Virus record (IMG/VR): IMGVR_UViG_3300009159_000050
Location: 25,967-89,966 of that record
Source of the DNA: a virus
Length of the DNA stretch: 64,000 bases
Strand: one strand, 5' to 3'
Shown: in pieces, positions 46,701-55,100 of the stretch
Position numbering within the stretch: the first letter of the stretch is position 1
Layout of the letters: each line of letters begins with the position of its first letter
The notes under the pieces: model-generated
Told to the model about the DNA's origin: nothing
The model's input: only the letters and a program-made list of their open reading frames with translations
The model's database searches: none
Position numbers and translations under genes: made by a program

Positions 46701-48687
46701 CATTGGTGTTTAGAGAAGAGATTGGTAGTAACTCACTACTTCCATCCAAAGATTTACTAATAGATAATGATTCAACAAAGTCTGTTAAATCAATTTCAAG
46801 TCTTGGAGAAATCTCTACTACATGCATTCTTTTTAAATCAGATACTACATTTGATGAAGGTGAGGGAATTACTGTTGGTGTTGAGGTGCAATTTACTGTA
46901 TAGCTTATTGTCTGAGTAGCAGAAGTTCCTTGCTGATTTTTCCCAGAATAAACAGTAAGGGTTAGGCTATATGTTGTTCCACAAGATCCTACTCCAAGGT
47001 AGGAAGATGTGGCTGATTTTGAATCTCTTGTGTTAAAACTTCCAGAAGTTGTTGTAGTCACTTTAAAGGATGCTCCGTTAGAGTAACTAAACGAAGCCCA
47101 TACTGGTTGAGTATTATTGCCAAATGTTAGAGAGTTTCCAGTGGGGGTTGCAGGCGAAGCAGAAAATGAATTGATTGTTGGTCCTCCAGAAGTTGGCGCT
47201 GTTTCTCCTGTAAACTTTAAAAATTCTGTGTTGGTTGTTCTGTCTATCTGTGTCACCGTTATTTTGCTAAAGGATGTAGATAGGTATAAAGATCCAGAAT
47301 CACTAAACTTTGGCATTGATGACCATTTTGTTTTAGTCCAAGCAGAACCAGTCCAGTACAAAATTAATACACCATTACTTCTGCCACCTTCTGAATTATT
47401 TGGAGGGGATATATCTTGACTACCGTCAACTGTAATAGTTGCTCCATCAATAGCTATATTTACTAATGGAACTGTCATTAAAGTATTAAACTTAATAACA
47501 ATCTTATTAGTAGTAATTGCTTTTTCATAAATAGCAGTAATATTTCTTGAATCGTCATCTGAAACAAAATATTTATATGAGGATGTGTCTGTTGGTAAAA
47601 CATTCTTTAAGACTGGGATTGGTTTAGAAGAAAGAAAAAACCTTGGATTTTGCAAAATTGGTGTGACTGGAGAATAGGTAGAAACCGAATAGTTCTTAAT
47701 AACTGAAGACGTAATTTTTCTAAAGTTAGTAGGAAATGTACAGTTTACATTACCTGACTGGACATATGATTCGCCTGGTCTAAAATATGTAAATGGCATT
47801 TCTGTTGGAAATAAAGAACGGTTTTGATAATCAAAGTGGGTAGTAGCATATACTTCAGGTACCGTAAAATATACTATTGGATTATTTTTTTCACCGCTTA
47901 TGGAGTTAGCTGTGATGGTGTATACAAAGCCTGCAAAGGTGTTATCAGGGCTTTGGGAGCCTACGTAGGTAATAACCTTGGTCCAGCCTAGGGAGTCTGC
48001 CTCAACCTGCTCAGAGCCGTATTCAAGATCTGAGTTTTTTCCTGATGCATTGATCATTACTGGTATAGGACTGCTAGTTTTTACATATGTTATTACTTTA
48101 TATGCCGAGCTAGATCCGCCAGATACGGTATAAGATGTTGAACCTGTACTGACCATATCTAGCGGGGCTTCCAGAGTTGTAAAAAAAGATTGACTAGTAC
48201 TACCAATAACACTAAAAGAAGAATTGTATGCATCAATACTTACAGTATATGCTGTGCCTGATGATAGTCCAGAAAATGTATAGCTTGTCCCTGTTGGAAC
48301 TGTGTCAGATTGACCATTTAACTGAACTCTATAAAATGAAGTTCCCGTTGGTGGATTAGACCAAGACACATTAATGGTAGTTAAGTTTACAACTGAACCT
48401 GTTATAGCAAAGGCACTTGCGCTTGGTGTTGATGTAGTAACTGGTGTTGGTGTTGGACTAACTGGCGGAAACATTGCAAAGCTTTTAGTAGTAAAGTTAG
48501 GCTTAGCTCCAGAGGTTACATCAGTTGGTAAAGGGGATATTGGGACTACGGTTAGCTTTGTGCCAGTGCCAGCGGTAGTAATATATGGAGCATTAAATAA
48601 ATTATGATTCCACTCTGCAGAAACTACTGGTGTCAAAGTTATTGAGTCTGAGCCTGTAAAGACTGAAGAGCTGACATTACTTAACAT
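43702..48687 (-). CDS. Large tail-tip/hub protein with inserted FN3-like domains
   Basis: Follows TMP and the Dit-like gene; YIDEYGVMRF and GNPLIQVGDTV hub-like motifs; FSGLSSGTAYTVSIDAY (FN3). Confidence 0.75.
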   Translation of the reverse strand: MLSNVSSSVFTGSDSITLTPVVSAEWNHNLFNAPYITTAGTGTKLTVVPISPLPTDVTSGAKPNFTTKSFAMFPPVSPTPTPVTTSTPSASAFAITGSVVNLTTINVSWSNPPTGTSFYRVQLNGQSDTVPTGTSYTFSGLSSGTAYTVSIDAYNSSFSVIGSTSQSFFTTLEAPLDMVSTGSTSYTVSGGSSSAYKVITYVKTSSPIPVMINASGKNSDLEYGSEQVEADSLGWTKVITYVGSQSPDNTFAGFVYTITANSISGEKNNPIVYFTVPEVYATTHFDYQNRSLFPTEMPFTYFRPGESYVQSGNVNCTFPTNFRKITSSVIKNYSVSTYSPVTPILQNPRFFLSSKPIPVLKNVLPTDTSSYKYFVSDDDSRNITAIYEKAITTNKIVIKFNTLMTVPLVNIAIDGATITVDGSQDISPPNNSEGGRSNGVLILYWTGSAWTKTKWSSMPKFSDSGSLYLSTSFSKITVTQIDRTTNTEFLKFTGETAPTSGGPTINSFSASPATPTGNSLTFGNNTQPVWASFSYSNGASFKVTTTTSGSFNTRDSKSATSSYLGVGSCGTTYSLTLTVYSGKNQQGTSATQTISYTVNCTSTPTVIPSPSSNVVSDLKRMHVVEISPRLEIDLTDFVESLSISKSLDGSSELLPISSLNTNDAQITLSGIPAMAGSTIVPIFSSQSNQSSTILANMLRKNIKFYINFNLASYSTPGSSTTSNTYIPGGVFYSDSWAENDIQNITVQCFDVSRYLQSKPVTDYVVNRKSVFEIITNILDLSGFTDYDYDSLYSVCNSTSAPLDLSYYYCNSKDSTIIECLNELFVAYQIGAYIDEYGVMRFLSLYDILSSSGSNLSLLDGNIMQNGFSISNNAKPGKISLRYQTPKIKQSPSLQNVTDDAIANSPSFIYTTSNDVVWSQQTVDSVGFNYLDADMLVNSNKFQLNNNDLLDIFHTFNMTNDGFAFIDNEIVSFAYKEYKLSKVNGDNEEFISIKNNVDLTSQIDNYIKKNDIGLRPSTSTITSVSGNGTAITYTSANSFKVGDKVMIADVVPAVYNIQGIISERTSTTFKVLGTTTGTYVSGGEAYISADYDVLVTPTGKITNVERGLFGTVPIDHIKVTTLASKGLSEKSLTLNLQTYSSSSNTSIVSTKTDYPKMPEVKAIAVGATSTNKSLVYPTSKVDIGYKTYSVKFRFTADGGAAAGLFFNMASTSDSSGSYFIELARYSRVNPNTSSLYSPQKYDYSLIIYNDLGVVTGWADVTAECVSIINNFAKVLKKTVTGDVTTFSYDIDECFNLRVAHYLTDGKDGENATVAAPKNALLVFINNVEITGWQIPGTEYDETTNPSANGWASSELNKITGMRQRPTIPNDIAVGTKFGFFASRFPQEITNLYPPKSNPSITSNTPATLREIHATVKPLKERSVSYFYQDREFLNGLVQKQPLYTKSPTYLMQTTPEVSGINYYDVEYQTPAAVSVDVLPIEYMMRYFPGNRAIDKRQYQKKLVDEYSLAYSTPINTGFRARMAIANGSPHMIHLKKDSDDVNNVTVNLNLWTHEIVAPSDPEIIESIIDHSNLSETVQLDSEWIQSKQAAYKMLKVVQRGVEGFSKTVSLNIFGNPLIQVGDTVTLSYSLNGIVEQRYLVHSVSHNFSQGLSTSLNLKRIQE

Positions 48688-49136
48688 TATACCTCCGTAA
48701 AGTCAATGCTCATACTAACGTAGTCTGACACCTTTGTTCTATTAATAATACTCTTAGAAAACTTTTCCATAAAAACAGTATATACTTCAGAAGCATTTTG
48801 TGCAGTAACAAAGTTACCTGATGAATCAAGCTCAGAGGCAACAACCTTTAAATAAATAGGAGAGCCTACATTGGACTTATAAAATGATTCAAGCCAAGCA
48901 GCACTATTATTTAAGTCAACTGTCTCAGATGTTTTTGATGGAACATACGACCAAGAAACCGATATATTCTTTTTTTGAGCAACTATATATTTTCTCATCT
49001 TACCATTAGCCATTCTAGCCTGGGTTTCAATAATCTCTGTAGAAATACTAATAGGATCTCTATTATGGTCTGTAAGTTTTTGCCAATTAGAATTATCTAG
49101 GGATAGCTGGATTCCAGCTTGTAGTAAGTACGCCAT
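48687..49136 (-). CDS. Distal tail (Dit-like) protein
   Basis: Directly after TMP; RMANGKMRKY...W.Y.P; ends F.EV. Confidence 0.65.
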   Translation of the reverse strand: MAYLLQAGIQLSLDNSNWQKLTDHNRDPISISTEIIETQARMANGKMRKYIVAQKKNISVSWSYVPSKTSETVDLNNSAAWLESFYKSNVGSPIYLKVVASELDSSGNFVTAQNASEVYTVFMEKFSKSIINRTKVSDYVSMSIDFTEV

Positions 49137-52100
49137 TATAAATTAACCTTATTAGTCTTATTATTTTTGCTTACTTCTAGCTTTAGCTTTCTCATAACTT
49201 CATTTGCTACAATTTCTGGGTTTGCGCTATTACTTGTTACAGGCATATTTATATTATACACTGTACCGCCAGAGTTTGCGCCCACTGTTGCGGTACCGTT
49301 ATTAATTGCATCCATTGTTTTAACACCATAATCTCTTACAGATGATGCTTTAACAACATATTCTCCATTTGAAACTCTAATTGATCCTCCACCAGCATAG
49401 CCAAGTGACGCTGTAATTGAATCTGATATTCCTGTTCCTGGTCCCCTGATAAGTCCACCATTGGCAAATTTAGGAATTCTAAGCTTTCCTTTATCTATAA
49501 ATCCTCCAGTTGCACCAGTAATTGCATCTCCAGCGCTACCTGGAAATGAACGATTAAATGGTGATACAAAAAGAGAGGCACTTTCGGACATAGCCCAAGG
49601 AAATCCTGCTGGATAATCTGGGGTTAACGTAAGTCTCTGCAAGTCAAAAAGATCGTCTGGAGATACATAGCTAAGGCCTCTTAGAAAATATGGATAGGTA
49701 TTGTAAGTACGGTTTGGACTGTTTCTCCAGGCAGTTAATTCGTCCTGGGTTTGGTTTCGGGGCATGACACCAGTTTGGCGAGATGCAAAGGCGGCAGCTT
49801 CAGTTTCTAAGTCTTTAATTCTTTGTAGTTCTGATAAAGCACTTGGATCTACATATCCGTCATTTCCATATGGGAAGTTCTTTGATGTACGAAATGGATT
49901 TTTAAACCATGCTACAACTTCTGGTCTAAAATTTGCATCCTGATACTCTTGCCTGCGAAGCAAATCATCCCGCTGCCAACCAATTGTGGAGTTGCGCTCA
50001 GCTGCAAACCATTCTTCCAGTGGACTCGCGCTGGAAACCATCCCGCTGGCGCGAGGGTCATCAGATTTTTTAGGCTTTTTAGGCTTTTTAGTTATTTTAG
50101 GTATTTTAGGTTTTTGAATAAGTTTTTGCACAGTTGTTTTTAAACTAGAAAGACCTGGAAGAGTAGGGTTATCTACAAGACTAGCCATACCTGGAAGATC
50201 ATAAATCTTATCATATGACATAAACCCACCAATTTTAGGAGCTGATGCTTTGCCTCCTGTGTCGCTCAGAGTATGAGAATGTCGTATTCTAGTAATTGCA
50301 GCTGCTTTATTATATAAAAAAGTTGAAAGACCCTGGTTTTGATAAGCTTTATCTGTATAGCGATAACCAATAGCTCCCGTAATTGGATCATAGGTTATAG
50401 AAGCGGCTGTTTTTCCAGTCAATGGGTCTATAACCTCTACTTGGTGGCGGGGATGTCGCCATGGGCTTAGTGACTCCCGTCCAAGGCCAGATCCTGGGTC
50501 TTTTATGGTTGAAAGAAAATCGTCTATAACTGGAGCATCTGCTTGATTCAAAGTATGTTTAGTAAACCTATAAATAAAGCTTTTATCACCCATCGTAAAA
50601 GGCTCTTCTATGACTGCTGGCAAAGCTTTATTTTCTGCAATAAGTTGTTTAGAGGTCGCACGTGGTAAATCCATTAGTGGGATAAAATTATTTAGTTTTG
50701 CTGCTAGTAGTGCCTCCCAATGTGCAAGGTCAAGTCGTGCTGCATCACCTTCTGGGAATAATAGTCTGCCTGATGATTTTATATCTTCAAACTTTTTTCT
50801 AGATACAGCGACCTTTTTCTTAAGTGCAGCGTTTGGATCAAATTTAGATTTAATGGATTGTAACATACCTGTAAGTCCAACGCCTGCCTCTGATTTGTAT
50901 GCTGCTAGTGCAGTTTTTTCAGCAGCTTTTTCAGAAGCTATTTTTGCAATCACTTCTTTACTAATTCCAATGTTGCCTATACGTGTACCAATTCTACCCC
51001 ATGGAAGAATTCCTGCAATATCAAGTGTTTGCTGCAACGCCATTTCAGGTGCAACTGATCCAAACCCTTCTTCTTGAGATCTTTTAATCCATTCTTCTTC
51101 TTGATTTCTATTTGTAGATGTCAGATAAGGAGTTCCTGGAAGGTCAAGGCCAGCAAAACGTAACATTTTCATTCCTTGGTTTACTGCTCCCATTTGTGCT
51201 AATCTGTCTACCCATGTAATACCTGGAAAAATGAAATTCTTATATGCATCGTAAGGAAGATCTACTACTCCATGGATATCTTGACCACGTAGATCTTTTC
51301 CTATTCCATAAGCCATAGGGTTAAAGATATCCTTAAAGCCTTGAAATGGTTTCTCATCTGGCTGCATTGACTTTGGTAGCGATTGCCAAGACTTAAAAAT
51401 ATTCTTTGGAGTTTCTTTCTTTGCCAACCAATCCATATTATTTTGATTTCCTTGACTTGAATAGTAGGCTGCAGATCCTGGTGCAAACTTAGTTCCAGCC
51501 ACAGAGCTTCCATGTCTATGTCCTGCTAGTCCACCTTCATGGAATCCTTTAGCTTTATCTAATCCACTATCAGTTATGTATTTTTTAAAGTTTTGCCATT
51601 GTAGAGAATTTTTGATCTCATCTGGATTTGTCCTTGCTGGTGGTTTAAATCTTTGAAGACCTTCTGCCCACCCAAGATAAACATCCTTTGTTGCTTGTGG
51701 CATATTTGGAGAGTTTTCTACAAGACCCCTTAAAAATGATGGATTAAGTCTCATAGGCATATTTAAAGCATTGTTTTCAAATTGTGCGTAACTGCTAAAA
51801 TACCCTCTTAGACCGCCATAACTTGGGCCGTATGGGTTTCCAATTTGTAATGCTAGCTTTTTATCTTTTATCTTTTTGCTACTCATAAATTTGGTATATG
51901 CTTTAAAAGTACTTTCATCAGCAAAAGCTTCAGCTGCGCCACCAAAATAAGTAATGGAGTCATAGTCTTGTAAAGTGATTGCACGGTCTTCCCAGGCTGC
52001 TAATCCCATACCCTTTTGTTTATTTTCTGCTGTTACAAAAAGTGATTCGTATTCATCTGCTAAATCTTTTTTACCGTCTTTTCTTAACTTTGCAATTGTT

Positions 52101-55100
52101 TTTCTAAAAGAGTCGTGTAAAACATCCATATCAAAATGGTGCATTGTCTCATGTATTGCAGTGTTACCCTGTACTTTATACTTTGAGTTAAACAATATGT
52201 GTGGTAGCAAATTTTCATAATTAGAAGATTTATCACCAAACCTTGGAATATATTGTCCGCCAACTCCTGCTGGCAATTCTTCCTTTTTTATTTTTGGTAG
52301 GGGTACATCTCCTAATGTATCAGATAAAAACTTTTCAACTTGGTTAGGCTTTATGGCTTTACCAGCTTGTTTGCCAACAAATAACTTAGAAATAAGTTTA
52401 CCAATACCACCAAGAATATTGCCTGCAAGACCTCCGCCAGCAAGCATAAGCGGTCCAAGTCCATATGCTCCCATGCCCATTCCACCCATAGAAGCTCCAG
52501 AGCCTGGATAGCGCATTGGATCTTTGTCTATACCCATTCCTGAACCAAAAAGTTTGTTTGGCTGCTCTTGCATTTGATGCCAGTAATCTGATATATCTTT
52601 TGTCTTTCCAGCAAAGTTAAGTCCTGGAATTTCTGTCCCGCCCCAAAGGTCTTTACCCTTTGAAGGATTGTATCTTAGCTCGCCCCATCTGCCTGTGCGT
52701 GAATTTCCTGTTGGTTTTCCATTTAAATAATTTGGTAGGTCTGGGCGCCATGGGAACAATGGAAGTTGCTGACTAGAACCAGGTTTTACTGGTCCACCCT
52801 CAGCAAGATTCATTATTTCGTAAATGTCACGCATATTTGGAACAACTAGTGAATTAGGAATATAGGTGTTTCCACCCATGTTATCTTTATAGTATCTATT
52901 TTTTATTTTTAAGCGATCCCCTAAAAATTTTCCTGGAAGAGAGCCTGCATCCTTTTTATTTTTTATAAGCCCACCTTCTGCAAACCTTCCAGCATTAAGT
53001 GCATCAAGTGCACCTACCCCATACTTCTTAACAGATTTTGCTTTAACTACATACTCGCCATTTGAAAGTAATGCGGGTATGGAATCAGAAGTACCAGTCC
53101 CAGCACCTCTAATCATTCCTCCACTAGCTTGTTTTATTACATCTTTCGCTTTTTCCTTCTTAGGAATCCTGTTAACTTCTGATCTAGCAAGAGAAGCTCC
53201 ACCTCTAATTTCTTCTGCTCTAGCCTTTAGTCTAGCAATTTCAGCATCTTTTATTCTTATCTCTGTGTCTTGATCAAATTCCATTTGTAGGTTTTGTGCT
53301 TGCTGTTCAAGAGATGCTGCTTTTATATAGTCTCCAGAGATCTTTGCCAATACCACTTCATTGGCAAGACCCTTCATCTTCATTTGAAGATCTATATGTC
53401 TTTGTGATTCATCATTAACACTCTTTTGTGCATCACGTTTTGCTTCAAGTCCCTTGATTTCTGCATCAAGAACCTTTAGGTATGCTTCTGAAGATTTGCT
53501 TAGCCCATCAACTCCATCTGTAGGATCTGTGTAATCTGTTACTTCTGGATTAAGAAATTCTTTATACTGCTTATACGAATCTGTAAAATTACTAGACTTT
53601 AAATATGCTTGAATCATTTCAAGAGGTGAGACTTTTCTCATTCCTTGTGATCTAGCCCAGTTTTTAATAGCATCTGCTGTTGTAAGCTGTAATGCAAGAT
53701 TCATCATAATAATCTTGTCAGCTGTCATTGCAGCCTCATCACCGCTTTCTTTAAAAATAGTTTTAATTTCAGCTAGTCTAGCAATTGCATCTGGATTTTT
53801 GCTTGCATTAATAGCAGCACTTAAAGCCACTACCCCAACTTCTGCAGTTACAGAAGATGATTTTAATCCATTAACTCTTTCAATAATTTGATCAAAGCTT
53901 AAGCTACCATTGCTTGTAACACTAAATAAATCAAGCATTTGATCTGCAAGAATTTTTTGAATATTTGTTAAATCACCGTATGACTTGGCTATAGCACCTG
54001 TATATTGTGTTCCTGCAAAGAAAGAATCACCAGCTTTTCTATTTGCTTCTGCAACCTTATCTAGACTTACTGTTGTTGCTGTTTGTGCATCTACTACATC
54101 TTTAGAAACACTTTTCCAAACTTCTGCAAAGTCTTTAGTTCTATTAGCTGCTGCTAAAAGGCCTTGTACATATTTTTCTGCATTTTTTGGGTCAAGCCCA
54201 CCAACTGATATAGCTGTAGTAACCTGAGATCTAATTGATCCAGTTAGGCTTCTTAAACTTAATTCGCTATCTGATATATTTTTAATAAATATTGCCAAAG
54301 GATTATCTTCTGGAAGTTTACTTATTGCATCAACTACGGCTTGAACTTCTGGAGATAGCATCCCAAGGCTGTCTTTTAAATTATTTGAGGCTAATACAAG
54401 ATTTGTAATTTTTATCTCTGTGTTTAAAGCTGTATCTCCAAGTAAGGATATAATTTCAGTGCTTGGAGTAAATGTTGCTCTTACGCTTGCTGCATGCTCA
54501 TTTTGTTTTTTAATTAATGCAGTAAGTGCTGTTGTTACTAATCCAATAGATGCTCCAGCTAGTGGGCCCCATTTTCCAAACATCATTCCTAAGCTTGCGC
54601 CTGCGAGTGCTCCTTGAGCCATACCCTTACCAGCAAAGTCTGGAAGCATTGAAAGAGCCATGTTTGCTCCAAGAATACCCATTCCTCCCCCTTTGGAGGC
54701 TAATCTTTGTATTCCTTTTGGTTTTACTTGAGGAGGATCTTTAGGATCTGGAGGAACAATTGGCAATACCGTCATTCCTGGCTGTGGTGTAGCTCCAATT
54801 GGTGCTGGTCCTTGAGCTCTTGTAGCTACTCTACGTGCTCTTCCACTTTGTTTTCTAAGTTCTTTATCTCTTGCTGCTGCATAAGCTCTTGCATCATCTC
54901 TTCCATCTTGTGCTGCAAGTCTATGTGGACTTTTTCTGTCACGACTAGCTTCGTATATGTCTCGTGTACCCTTTTTTACTCCTCTGTCATAAGCCTCTCC
55001 GTCTTTTTTGCCTCTTTCCATTACTGCTCTTGCAGTTGCAACAGACCCCGATTTTCTAGGATCACTTTCTAATGTAGAAATGTCTACAGCTCTTGGAGGA

